Origin: Klebsormidium nitens
Taxonomy: Eukaryota > Plantae > Klebsormidiophyceae
Reading direction: 5' to 3'
Length of the DNA stretch: 64,000 nt
NCBI GenBank assembly: GCA_000708835.1
Contig: DF237044.1
Coordinates: 145,762-209,761 of the forward strand
The notes under the pieces were generated by a model. That model saw only the letters and a program-made list of their open reading frames with translations, did no database searches and was not told the origin of the DNA. Shown in pieces: positions 42,891-56,000 of this stretch. The position numbers and the translations under genes were made by a program. Within the stretch, counting starts at the first letter, position 1, and each line of letters opens with the position of its first letter.

Positions 42891-45800
42891 TCAGGCTTGC
42901 ACGGTCGAATCGTACCCCACTGTGTTCTTCTTAGCCACGGACGCCCCGACCGTCATCGCCCGTCCCCCCAGATCGCATGACGTCAGCTCTTTACTGAGAG
43001 GGCCCTTGTCGTATACGATGCCGGCAATGGTGGTCTCCTTTTCCTTCTGGCTGAAGAACTCTTTGCTCTGCAAGAGATCGACGTCCTGAATCAAGTCAGA
43101 CGGTTTCACAGGCATTCACGGGAGTGATACTGATTGGCGAGAGCAAGTAATGACGACAGGGATCTCGATTCAGACCTCTTGGGGTCCTTTGCAGGAAGTG
43201 ATTCCCAGAAAGCTCTTTCAAATGCGTCTCACAAACCAATCTGGTATTCCAAATCTGGTTTCAGAAGGATTGCCAACTCGGATCCTCTCAGTGCCTGCAG
43301 TGCAAGTAGCCTCATCCTATCCAGAAATACCGGAGCTGTTGAACCTGAATAAGCAGAAATATGGATCGGGGGACGTGATCACGTGCACATGACGACGCAA
43401 CCTGCCGACCGAGTACGGTCTACGCCCTCTAGAACAGCTCTCGGTTCGCAGGCTCGAAACTGTGCTTGGTCTCCCACCAACCGTGTGAGACAGCCCGTAA
43501 TACGCACAACTTCATGAAGGCAACCGCTCAAGAACGCATCCTAAACCGTGGTCGCCCTTTTCCAGCAAGGAAACGGGTGACGGATTCTAGGGTATTTGTC
43601 AAGAACACGCTGACCAACTCAGAAGCTGGCCGCAAAAAACAGACCATAAGACGCTTTCTTGAACTAAGTCAGTGGCTGATTCGGCAAAAGATGTAACAAC
43701 TTCTCAAGCAAGAGCGACAGTCATCGCCCAGAGCATCAGCCTTTTTCAATCCATATCTTCCGGCTGCCCGTTCTTCCTCTCATTCGAATGAGAGTGACTG
43801 CGCAGTCAGCGCATCAAGTGACTGCTGCGTATCGAGAGATTGCGCTAAGAGACGCCTTCGTCGCATCAAATGGCGCGTAGTCACTCGATGCGGCGCAGCA
43901 GTCACTCGACTGCGAGTAACTCAATGCGGCGCGTTTCGAATGAGAGTGACTGCGCAGTCAGCGCAACAGTCAATCGAGGAAGCGCTAAGAGACGCCTTCG
44001 CCGCAGTGAAAAAGGTTGCGCTGTCTGTAGGCCCTTTCCGCAGGCATTTCCTCAGCCAAGCCGTCCGTCTCTAGGAGATGTCGTTTCTAAGCATTCCCGT
44101 TTGAAACCGATAATTTTGCCATATGATACCGCAAAATCTAATTTTGAGATGATGGCCAATGGGTCCTTCCACAACTCCTTGGGCCTGCTCGAAGAAGTAT
44201 TTCAATACTGAAGGGCAAGAATGCGCTCTGAGACTCTTACCGCGTTTTTAAGGTCCGTCGACTTGCCCGCCTGGACCCCAGTCCGAATGTTTCCCAAGTC
44301 GTAGTTGGCACCCCCCGCCCGCCGTAGCGAGTCGTCGATATCAGCCTCCAAGTTTTGCAGCTCCTCCTTTGCAAAGATCTGCTTCTCGATATGATACCCC
44401 TGCAGCCGGTTGACGAAGATGTTCAAAGATGCTCTCCTGCGTTCGTTTTGGGTGCAAGCTTTAATAGGAACTGTGAAAGCTCAGGCGCCGAGACGTCCCA
44501 TTCTGAAAAGTGCTTGCCTTTAAAGCCTATTCGAACCTGATATTCGGCCTATCTGGAGCCCTTCTTGAATGTTTTTTGGATTGAATTTTAGAGGCCTTCA
44601 CTGACAATGATACCAAAGAAGAGCACAAGAGCACTTTTTCTCGTGCTACCAACCATTGAGGTGCTCCGAACTTGGAAGTTGTTGACAGACTGTATGCTGG
44701 GCAGCAAGCAGAAGTCACTGATTGCTTCCCTTCTATCTGCTGGAGCCTTTTGGCTGCGTTCAACTACCCAAGTCCCTCACTTTCGGCACAAAGAGTACAA
44801 CGAGTGCACTCCAAGAAGCTGGCGGCAGATTCTCATTTGGTTTCCCTGGCATTGAGCGTATGTCACCAGCTTGACAACTCTTTGACCTACTAAGGAAAAG
44901 CAGGGGACAAAGCTGGGTAGCAAAGTCAGTCAAGGTGTTACAGCTTTACCCCCGGGCCCTGATTCACAAAAGGGCCCCTTCCTTGCAATTCGTCATTTGG
45001 TTACTGCCTTTTGTCCTCTAGACGCTTGAAACATGGTCTAGGAGGTCCCATTATTTGTAGGTGAGGAGCCAATCTTGGAGCTGATAGAATCAACTCCAGC
45101 TCCCACCTTTGAGACTAGGCACCCAGGACTAGTTGAGGCTTTGAACAATGCCGTTCCGTACCCAACTTGAGAAGAAAAGACAGCGCTTCTTTTTCCCATC
45201 CACCTGGACCAAGTGAGTTCAGTCATGTTAAGGAAGGGCGAAAAGAAAAAGCTTCAGACTAGGTTGCGGCAGCCTACCTGAAATAGCTGCCCGCAGGCGC
45301 CCTTGTGCATGTTCACCTTCCCCTTCTTCATTGCAGGTGCATTCTCCCCCACCCATGTGAGATACACAAACTTGACGCGCTTGCTGTCCCCCCCGTCATC
45401 CGTCTTGTTCACTCGTAGTAGTCCGTACAGGATGATGTTGTCGTCAACCTAGGGAGTTAGAAGGCAAACTAAGTTGGTTTGCCTCCATCTTGACGTGGGG
45501 GTTATGTTTTAGGGTCAATTGAATTGAAGCAGTCACAGCCGCATTTCAGAATGTGATGACTTTGACACGTTGCGTGGGAGAGTGGCCAATGGGAATGTTG
45601 AAAGGACGAGGTCACCGATGCAAGCCGTCACAGTGGCTGCCCCTGCAAAGTGGGCAAGGTTTAGGCTAACCCCGTTGAAACCCTGATTGAAACCCTTGTT
45701 GAAACCCACAGTGCAACCCTATTCCTGCACTTCAGGAAAGTATGTGGGCTGCTTCACAAGACAACGGTGGTTCAGAGCTTTCTTTCTGCAACTTGCAACA

Positions 45801-46495
45801 ATCTCCTCTTGCGCTCTTCCTCCGGGGAATGTTAGCAAACCGTGTTGTTTTTGCTGCAGATGAAAAGGTACAGATAACCTTGCTTTTCCTGATTGGAGGA
45901 ATAGTAAATGTACCTTGCTCAGCATCTCTTGAAGGCCCCCATCACCTTTCCCAGCAACCGCCAGCTTGTTTCCCTCATAGCCAAGCCTGCATTTATTACA
46001 AGCGGAATCGACCTTTCAGAACCACGGCCTTGTTCTGTTGTCAAGGCATCTGCAAACCTTGCATCTGCAACTTTTGTGACAAAATCCACCTTCCAAGTGT
46101 GAACCTCTGGTGGAGGCTATCGCTCACTATCAAAACAGTTCTGCTCTGTAGTTCATGCTCTTCCCCATAGCCGGCATAACTTGCTTCATCCAGCGTTTTC
46201 CATCTCCATCAAGCTGAGAAGTCCCAAGCATTCCAGCAATGCAGGTCAACAATCTTGCAAAGATAAGCTGATCGTTGGTCTTATAGCTCTTGCTATCACC
46301 TCTACCCGCATAAAGAGCAAATGAGCGGACTGTAGGAGCTGGATCTAGCTGGATTGGCCCATGAGCAAACCTCTGAGGAAGCAAGAAGCTACAAAACTCG
46401 TACGATTCAACTTACCAGCACCATGTTGTAGCTTCGCTATCCGAGAACACTGCTTTGTACGCTTCCTCGCAGCCGTCAGTTAAGTCGCCGCCCAT
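42891..46495 (-). CDS. Coactosin-like ADF-H domain actin-binding protein with a C-terminal extension, about 219 aa, 5 exons
   Basis: Exons 46416..46495, 45914..45986, 45278..45448, 44241..44399 and 42891..43067 join in frame: EEAYKAVFSD..WCWLGYEGNKLAVAGKGDGGLQEML..LYGLLRV..DSKRVKFVYLTWVGEN..LRRAGGANYD. SKRxKF, TWxGEN and AGGANYD are coactosin/drebrin-type ADF-H signatures. Confidence 0.85.
43786..44003. repeat. Intronic direct repeat (period about 150 bp) with internal inverted motifs
   Basis: cgaatgagagtgactgcgcagtcagcgca and gcgctaagagacgccttcg each occur twice. agtgactg and cagtcact occur in opposite orientations. Confidence 0.75.
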
Positions 46496-47164
46496 GATGC
46501 TGGCACCTTCGATTTGAGCTTGGATAAAAACACTAGCGTGAGAAACAATGCACGGCCTGATCTGAAGTGGCCCACAGATCTGTCGCTGTTGGAATGGAGC
46601 TCGCTAGCTGCAAGGATGTTACCCACTTCATGTGTGAGGACTTCCCAAGCGCCGAAGAGGGCACGTTCAATTATGCACCGCTTCTATGAACACGTTCTGA
46701 CGTTCAGCCCACGTTCTTTGGTACCGGGTAGATCGAACTGTTACCAGTTCCATAAGAACCGGTACTCCTGTACATATTCACCTACCTATTTTGACGGTAC
46801 TGGTCTAGGTAGCTTCGTAGTCTGTGGCTACAACTTCACAAGCGGTGCCCACGGGAACGAAGCGCCAGCCGGCCGTCACCGTCATAGACCTCAAGTCGTC
46901 GATCCAATCTTAGATCGTCGCGTAGCCGTCGATGACGGTTCGATTGTACCCACGTCGACGAGCATGGGCGGTATGGGCGTGATTGTTCACGCTCTTGACA
47001 GGATCGTGGTACCGCAAGAGCAAAGTATGTACCATATTACCTATCTAGTCATGAGCAATTGAATACACTACCGGTAATGTTGGGTCAGATCAGTTCCGCG
47101 GGCATAAACGGACCAAACCTAACCCAAAGTTAAAATGCTCCGCACCAGTACCCACCCACCCTAA

Positions 47165-47906
47165 GGGGCGATTCGCACCCGCCGACTTTTGCCTTTCCGA
47201 TAAGCTTCTTATCGGAAAGGTAAAGTTTAACTTTCCGATAACTCCTTATCGGCACTTTGCTTATCGGAAAGTCACGCCGATCCGATAAGGAATTCCGGCC
47301 ATTATCGGAAAGTTATGACTTTACCTTTCCGATAACCTTATCGGATCGGCGCAAAACTCGGGCAACTTTCCGATAACTCCTTATCGGTACTTTGCTTATC
47401 GGAAAGTCACGCCGATCCGATAAGAATCCTATAAGCTTCCCTATTGGGATTTCGATAATAAAATTTCGAAAATCTCCACGCACCGTCGACATAATTGCTC
47501 ATAATCCAAATCAAGTACACAACGTACTGAAAAGTACTGAAAACGGAGCTAAAAGTAGGGGGGGGGGCTACTTTAGGTTCCTGGGGCAATCTGGGGCAAT
47601 TCCTTATCGGTCGATTACAAATTTAAAAGTTGAGGTCTTATCGGCGCGGGTGCGCATGCAATGCCGATTGCTTATCGGTAATCGGTATTTATGTGCGAAC
47701 GCCGCGCAGATAAGACATCCTTATCAGCCCGCGGGTGCGAACGCTGCGCCGATTACTTATCGGTGTCCCGCGCGGTGGTGCGAACGCATCACCTTTCCGA
47801 TAAGCTTATCGAAGCTTATCGGAATTTATGTGCGAACGCGTCCCCCGGACTTTACGCGAAAGTTATCGGAAAGTTGGCCTTAAAGTTGGTGGGTGCGAAT
47901 CGCCCC
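47165..47906. mobile_element. PIF/Harbinger-type (Tourist-like) MITE, 742 bp, non-autonomous
   Basis: 25-bp terminal inverted repeats GGGGCGATTCGCACCC(G/A)CC(G/A)ACTTT with 2 mismatches. TAA target-site duplication at 47162-47164 and 47907-47909. About 20 internal CCGATAA/TTATCGG motifs in both orientations. No transposase ORF. Confidence 0.9.
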
Positions 47907-49171
47907 TAAACCCCAAACCAACCCCACCCGTCACCCGGGCACGAGTCCTGATCCATCGCGACGTAGCCGTATTTAACTCAACACGTAATACCGATCCCGG
48001 TACTGTTCGAAGTACCTACGTGGTGTACACTGTACAGACGGACCTGCACTGCCCCGATAAGCACGGACCCGGTCAATCCTGTCGTGACGCCATGCGCCAG
48101 TCGTGCCTGTTCTGATGCCTCATAAGGAATCTTATCAAGTCATTGTGCAATCCATTTGGCCATCCCTTCATTAGCCTGATTAGCTGCACAATAAGCAGAT
48201 CTGGCGGGCCCCTGGGGTAATTCGGGTTAGGAGCTGTGGTAATTTTCGAGTAGGAGGGTGAAGGAGGCGCAGCACGCCTTCCGGGATCAACTTAGCATTT
48301 GTACCGGAAGAAGACGAAAAGCAAAGGGCATCTTTCCGGAGGAATCTGCTGTCCTGCTGTTTCCAAGTGGTCTTTTACGTGCGCGCAGTGCCGGCAAGCT
48401 TTCGGCTGTTAGAATGAAAACCTGAGAAGGCAACTGATGATCGTGGCAGTGCTCTGTCTGGCAAGATGAGTGACCAGCCTCAAGGATCTGTGTAGTGAGC
48501 TTGGATTTTGACAGCAAGACTTTCAAAAGTTTGGAAATGCTGCCCGGCGTACGATCATACAACGTGGGATCTTGTCTTCTGCTAAGCCTGGGCTGAAACC
48601 AGTCACGCGCATTCAGAGGATTGTGCAGGTCATCCCAAGGGCGCGCGCCTACTACTGATTATCTGGTATCAAGGACCACTAGAAGAGATTGCAGAGTTTA
48701 TACGTCATCTTTCAGAGCAACAACCGCCGCAAGTTGGGTCCGATATAGCTATATGCTTCTGCTTCAAGCCAGAATTACCAGAAACAATGGGTAAGTCAGA
48801 CTGAGACACGTTCGCCTTCTGGAAAACATCTTCAGCAGCTTGGCCTGGCCGACTCAAAAACAAGTGTGCCAGATTCCAGCTTGTGAACCTTTGCAGCTCC
48901 CTTGACCAGGCCTTGAACGTAGCAATATCTATAAAGATAGCTGAGCATCGAGACGTCTCACTTTTGCAGATTGTTCTTGGGTTTGGGGCTTTTATTTTTC
49001 GGCCAGGTCAGAAAGAAGGTGCCATTTACCAACTTTAGTTGGGCCAATTCAAGTGATAGGTGTTCTGAATTGGTCTACGAGGGCAGTTTAGGAAAAATAA
49101 AAGGCGGGGTCTGGCGTCCTGCTTGCGATCAGGCTTCTGCTGTTTACGACTAGATATATTGCGCACTCAAT

Positions 49172-51127
49172 GTGGTGATGAATAGTAGGAGAAGTAAAGA
49201 GTATCTTGATCGAATTTGGCAGTCCCCTAACAGTCTGAGACCCCTGTTTGTACTGGCAGGTATGAGGGCCGGCGCCATCAGTCTCTCGTTAGTTGGAACC
49301 GCAGGTAAGATGAGCGTCCGAGCTTCTTTCAGAGCGAGTTGCATTCCCTTTTGATTTGGCAGAAATGAAGGACCATACAGGTGTCAGCAGTTGCAAAGAA
49401 TTAAAGGTAAAAGAGAGGCAGCTTCAAACCTTCCGAGCCTGGATAACCGTACTTTGTCATAGGCGCGTATGCACTTCAAGCATCAAACCTGGAAGGTAAA
49501 TTCTCTGTATAAGTTCCATCTGGAAAGAGGATTGGGGAGGCCTCAACTCCTTCTTCGTCATTTTCCAAGGGACATGATAGTCAGAGGTGGTTCTAACAAA
49601 CTGACTGTGTATTCATGCATTTGCCACCGACTCAACGATTGCTCTGCACAAAGTTTCTCAAAACAGTCCCAGAATAGTTGGAAAGCAACTCTCACATCCG
49701 TTGCAAGCAAGGAAACCATGCGAACGAGTCTCACTGAGTACTTTGTCTTCACTCCCTAATCCAGCAGAGTCCGGTACAGGGTATTTATGTGACTTGTTCA
49801 TTTACGCATATCTCTGAGGCACAGAATACTTGTCAACTCAGACGCTACACGGCAAGGACGGCCTACCGGAGCTCTCAAACGCTTTTTCAATGACAAATGT
49901 CTTTCATTTGCAGGGCTTGTAATGTTCTTCGTTGGATTCCTCAGTTGCGACTCTATATATTCCAGGGACTCCGTACTTCTGCCGACGTGGCTTGGCAGGA
50001 TTGGGGCTACAAGCCAAGCACCAAATCGATTTGCGCTCGGGAGAGCGCTCGGGTCTCCCACAAGCAATGTGGTCGAGCAGGACGCTTGCTTGGTGCCGTG
50101 TGATATTCTTCAATTGGCAAATCTCACATCGTTGGACCAAGTCCAGAAAGTGAACTGCAATCTGGAGTTCAGTTCAGTTGCCGACCTGGGAAGCTTTCTA
50201 GCTGAAAGAAAAGGGCAGGCCTGGCTGCATGTGATGGGTGACTCCCTGCTTCGTTACCAGTTTGCGTCAATGGTTGAAGATCTGAGTTCAGATACTGCGC
50301 CTGACTTCGTGAGCGGGATTTGTTGCCGTTCGTCTGATCCTCGGAACGGAACGGGCCTCGAGCGAGGCGCCTGTAAGACCTGGACATTGGTCGATCAAGA
50401 TTGGGACCCTAGGCGAACTCGCGAGCTCGTGAAAGAGAATTTGGAAGAAGGGGGCTTCGACTTTTGTATGACATACTTTGGGGTCCAGTTCATCCTCCAG
50501 GTTTTGAGCTACAACGAATACTTCTTTCAGCAGGATTCCATCCAACCATTGGCGGTCATATACAACATGGGGTTGCATCACATTATGTACGGCCAAGGCC
50601 AACTCTTCTATGAGAAAGATTTGGAGAAACTGACCATCCAAGTGACGCAGATACTGGAGCAACAAAACGCTTCACTGGCGGTCAGTGGGACGAAAGGGCT
50701 CCATTTGACCAAGTTTATCTACCATACGATGACGGCTTACGATGAGGAGATATTCCAGTACGTTGACCCAAACCGTCGAAACGAAAGAACGGATCTGTTT
50801 GTCAAGGTTCAGGAACGGCACTTTGCTGTCAACAAGGTATGGAAAGTAGTTGACGCCTACAGGTTGACGAAGTATCTGGACAGAAGACACACGTGGCTGC
50901 AAGTGACGCCCGGAGACGGCATACATCCAGCGAAGCCTTTCTACCAAATAATGGCGTTGCTGGACTTGAACTATATCGTGAGAGATCTTGAGAGTTTTTG
51001 CACGAAAGTAGACGATTTGGAATATAAGGAGTTTCTTATTGATCACGAGGACACGGAACTTGCGGAAAACATGAGACAAAGACATGGTTGGGGACTGTAT
51101 AGCAACTTTGCACGTCGAAGAAGGTGA
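49172..51127 (+). CDS. SGNH-hydrolase / PC-esterase-like type II membrane protein, copy 2
   Basis: Exon 49172..49304 joins 49914..51127 at phase 1, the same intron position as copy 1. Motifs HVMGDSLLRYQF, YNMGLHH and GDGIHP. The exon-1 start codon is uncertain. Confidence 0.75.
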
Positions 51128-53033
51128 GGGCCACCCTGTGGCTACCGATTCTTTCAGAAAGTAGAGTCGTCTAAGTTTAGCCCAGTAAAACGTCGGTCCG
51201 ATTGCCATTAAGATCCTTGAGATCCTAGTGTCCTGGCACGTGTCGGACGCCCTTAATAGTATTCTTTACATTCAGATGACGAGTTGAACTTAAGGCAGCC
51301 CGGCCGGTCCAAAGCGCAACTGATCCGTTGAGACTGGATTTTATGTACGGTATATTGTGAAACTTAGATTAAGTTCAGATCCATGTATGTGATTACTTGC
51401 AGCGCTACATACTTTAAGCTATATGGGTGGCTTCTAATGATAAGACTAGGCTCACCTTGAAGCGGCGCAATCCCCAACTCGAGCCGACGCATGGTCTTCA
51501 TTCAAGCTAGTACATTAATTCAATGCCATAGATATTGATTGCTGCCACGTTCTGTACGCATGCCATGCCGGCGCCGCGCTGCTCCGACAATCTTAGGCAT
51601 ACATGTCAAGCTGATTTAGAGCGCGGCCATACTCTTTCAATTGAAAGTCTAAATTACGTAGTACAAGGGCTAAGTAAGTTAGATCCGAATTGGAACGGAT
51701 CCCAGTTGTCCCTAAAGGATCGATCCCGGGCCTGCAGTTGACTCACTCATGTTTCATAATTCATGCAATTATATGAGTAGATACGTTCATCATGCAAAGT
51801 ACGATTAATTTTGGACGAGATGCATAATCGTTGAAGTTCTAGGCTCTATAGCTGCCAGCCCGTGGATCGCGTCTCAGTACGTCTGCTGGCGGCGGCGCGT
51901 CCATGTTGATCACGGTGGCACATGTACGTGTGCAAATTATAGATCGACACATCCGATCATTGATCTTAGACCGGCGCCGTATGTAATCGACGGCGTCTCG
52001 GGCATGGGGCCCAGGGACGGTTTTGACAACCAATTTCATGCAAATTATATACAATCTCATATCATGGCACCGGCCTGTAATTGCAGCTCGGATTCATCTG
52101 CCGGGAAATAACCGCGCTGATAGAGACGTGTCGGACGGTAGCTCCACCTCGATTGGATCAGCGCAGACAATCAAAGTTGAACGGGTTCGGTCCAGGTTGC
52201 ATTTCGCGGTATATGTGTACCATATCTTATCTTATCTTAACACTACGGTCGTGACATGGTCCATCGTTTACGTGCTCAACTTATGATCAACTATGCCGTA
52301 CACAACGGGTCAGTCTTTACGAACGAACGAACGCATCATTGAGTGTCACCTGGTACAGTCTTATTCAACACGTTAAAGGATAGTACTTGGAGGAGATTGT
52401 ACAATAAACTAACTGATATGGAGGTCCGACTCACCCACAACAGGGCCTGTTGGCTTCTGTGCGCCCCCCTATAACGTACCCCCTACCTCATAGATGTCTA
52501 CCTGAACCTCCTGCCAACCAACGTTCCAACCTCATGCTGACATGCTTGGGACCTGCAATGTAACTCGTTTGACTTTTTCTTAGACAGTTTTGAAGCAAAT
52601 GACTACCATTGCGGCGTCCTCAGGTCACCCGGAGGACGTTCGCACTCGTGCACCATTTCGATGCGAAGCCGGAGGTCATGCAACTTAAACCGCGCCGTCT
52701 TTTTTGTGTCCTCAGAAGACCCATAACACCTGGTCTTCCGAGGGCTCCGGTGACTTGCTAAGTGGAGTCCGCTGACAACCAACCCGGTCTGCTGTAGTGA
52801 ATGCGTCCCTATTCCCGTCCCAGCCCATTAGAATTCAGTCCAACGCTTCGATTTCCTACTCCGGCCCCTTCTCTTGAGCGGATGAATGCCTAATTTCATT
52901 TCAATGCTTCAGGAGTTGGAAGCCACAAATGCCAAGCAACGCTTTTGTGTAGGCTCGGGCTCGATCACGGAACCTCTCCCTATATTACATTGCTTGACGA
53001 GTTTTTGGTTTGACGTATTGCCCTCGGCTCCCT

Positions 53034-56000
53034 TCAGATCATCTCGGTTGGACGTTCGAAGAACCGAGACAACATTTTCCGTAGCTTTTCCTGGTTAAGT
53101 GCTGCAAGGAAAGTAAGAACGAATTAGGGTTTTGCAGCAGACGTCGCCGTCAGCAAAAATTCGCAGAGCAATATTCGACTGTTTTCTCGTCTGCAAGCTT
53201 TTGAAAACTTGGTGGTCTGAATCCGAGATATGATATTGCCGCCAATTTCTGTCAAGCAGACGGTGACATACCAGGGACGACCCATTGAACCGTTGCAATG
53301 CTCTTTGTAATCCAGGCATGCCCCAAACCGTCTTCTGCGATCCTCCGTCCCAGAACACCAATAGAACCGCGCTGCTTACGTTTCGTCAGATACTCGTCCA
53401 TGCCCGCCGCCTCGCAGAGCGCGCGCGTCCCCGCCATGACGTCAGCAGTGAGTGCGCAGATCGGCGTCCGGTGGCAGGCGCATCCTGCCACGTGGTAGTA
53501 GTCCGACTTTGGGAGGTCCTCCCGCCACGTGCTCAAGGGATCCGGGTACTCCTTGCTGACGTCAGCAGCCACGTCAGCCGGGGATCCGTTGAGCTCGGCA
53601 GACTGCCGGCAGCGCACGGCCTCTAGGTAGCGGATGCGGCGGACTGCCTCGTAGCCGTCCATTCCCGGCATCTGGATCGATCGTAAGGCCATGATCAGGC
53701 ACTTGAAACTGGCCGTAACATTGCAAATGCGCAAACAGAGGGTTGACAAAAGAATTCAGCAAGAACCACACTCGTAATCAGATTTGTCAGCCCTACTGAT
53801 TGCCAAGAGACGCCCTCTCGACAACAAAGGTTCCATCTTTGAGATGATGACCAAGTCATCTAGTGGGAAGTGAAATTTTGTCCGTTGCAACATCAAGCAG
53901 CTTCACGCGAACACTTGCGCTACGCATCGGCAGTCAAGGAACTCAACACCAAATCTGGAGATATGTATAGAAAGAATTTGGAAGGTGCTGCTGAGCATCG
54001 CAACTCGACGGCGTTTGGAGGCAAACCTCGTCTTTAAAGACGGGATAAGCAATCCAGAAAAGGCCGTCAACGAGAGGCAACAAATGCTGTCTACGGAGGC
54101 AAGGCAAGCGCTTTACCTGGCAGTCCATGAGGACGAGGTCAAACTTGCTGTTCAGGAACTCTCTGATCGCCGCTTCCCCGCTGTCTGCACAGACCGCCAC
54201 GCAGCCTAGGGCGGCCAGCGTGCTGCTAGCAACCTGGGATGAAAACGGAAAGAGCCGTCGTTAACAGATCTTCTTGCGTTTACACGCCGCTTTGTTCAAG
54301 TGAAGCAACTGACAAACAGAGACTTCGGTAGGGTATGGTCAGATTGGGAATTGAAAGACTTTACCAAACCAGAAATGGAGTGGCGGCTGAGCACTTTTGA
54401 AATAAGCTACGTTGGAAGCTGCTCAAGTGGATTGCTGGCGAGTAAAACAACGAGCGAAATCAACCTGGAATCAGAAGTGTATATGCAGCCGTTTGGGCCG
54501 AATACCGATCATTCACGTCGAATCCAGCATCACAGCTGTTACAAAGCCGAATTCACACTGACATACGTCGTAAGTGGCAAAAAAACTGTAGCCAGAAAAC
54601 GCAACTCGCTGCTATGGTTACTCTAAAAGCAGCACCCGTAAGTCTGGTCCAACACTCTCTTTGAATATCAGCGCCAGCGTCAACTGGCGCGTTCCTGCAG
54701 ATTGCCGAAATCGCACCGGCAAACCGAGAAGCTACTTTCTCTGTGCCGCCATACCTTCAGATTCAGGAGTGTGTCATCAACGGCCAGGACGCGTCGCCCC
54801 TTGATCGACGGGCTAATCTCCTTGTTATTCCTGGCCGTCGATTTCCTCAGCTCGATCCCCATCGCCTGCCGCAGCTGTACGCCCAGGGATCCCTCTCGGA
54901 GGGGTTTCGGTACCACGTGGCCGAAGCCCGCCTCTCGAATGCGCGCCTCAGACGCCCCGTCGCATTTCGAGGCGAGCGCGACCAGGGGGATGGTTTTGCC
55001 CAGCATGGAGACCCCTCGGAGCGCTTGCGCAAAAGCGCAAACTTCGTCTAGAGGGGCTGAGTCCAGGTCAACGAGGACCAGGCGGAATGGTGTTCGGGGG
55101 CTGTGGGTTTGAGCGGAAGCTACGTGCCCGGGACTGACGTCATTGACTGCGTGGACCTTCCGCAAGCCAGATGGTTTGATGTTGGTTGCGAGTTCGACAG
55201 TCGCTCCCTCTTTGCGCAAAGCTTCCAAACCCTGTGCGAAGCTGTCCACCCCGATGGCCCGCATTCCAATCCGCCGCGCGAGACTGAGCGCCACTCGCAG
55301 CCGCACGGAGTGGGGGGCGACCACCAACATCTCCATCCCCTGGAGCGTGTCGTCCGTTCCGTCCATCGGCTTGGTTCCGTTCTTCGTTCCGGTCACAGGG
55401 GCAGGGATCGCCGAGTCTACGACTGCGGACGACGTGCACTCCACGCGAGGCCGGGGGGTGATATCCACAATAACCGCCCCCCCCGCTGCGAGCGGGGACG
55501 GACTGGGGAGGCAGATGGCCGCAGGTACGGACCCCCCCGTGGCGAGCGACGGGCGGCCCCGCGTCGCCGCGAGTTTTGCGGACGGGGTGTGTAAGCACAC
55601 GTCGAAGGCGAAGATGCTCCCCGCCCCGACCTCGCTGAAAAAGGCCATTTTGCCGCCCATGAGCCCAACCAACTTCTGGCTGATGGACAGGCCGCAGCCG
55701 CTGCCGCCGTACTCCCGGGCAGTGCCGCTGTCCGCCTGGAAGAACGGCTGGAAGAGCCGCGCCTGNNNNNNNNNNNNNNNNNNNNNNNNNNNNNNNNNNN
55801 NNNNNNNNNNNNNNNNNNNNNNNNNNNNNNNNNNNNNNNNNNNNNNNNNNNNNNNNNNNNNNNNNNNNNNNNNNNNNNNNNNNNNNNNNNNNNNNNNNNN
55901 NNNNNNNNNNNNNGCCGCTCGCCGCCGTACTCCCCGGGCACGTGCCGCTGTCGCCTCGGAAGAACGGCTGGAAGAGCCGCGCCTGGCGCCGGGGGGGGAT

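Noticed and set aside
46514-47062. 182-aa plus-strand ORF upstream of the MITE
   Set aside because: No transposase or other motif, and it overlaps the probable promoter of the coactosin-like gene.
55680-55990. Apparent duplication of the HK ATPase-lid coding sequence on both sides of the N run
   Set aside because: The flanks overlap and the upstream copy degrades towards the gap like a poor read end. It is best explained as an unmerged contig overlap, not a real duplication or frameshift.
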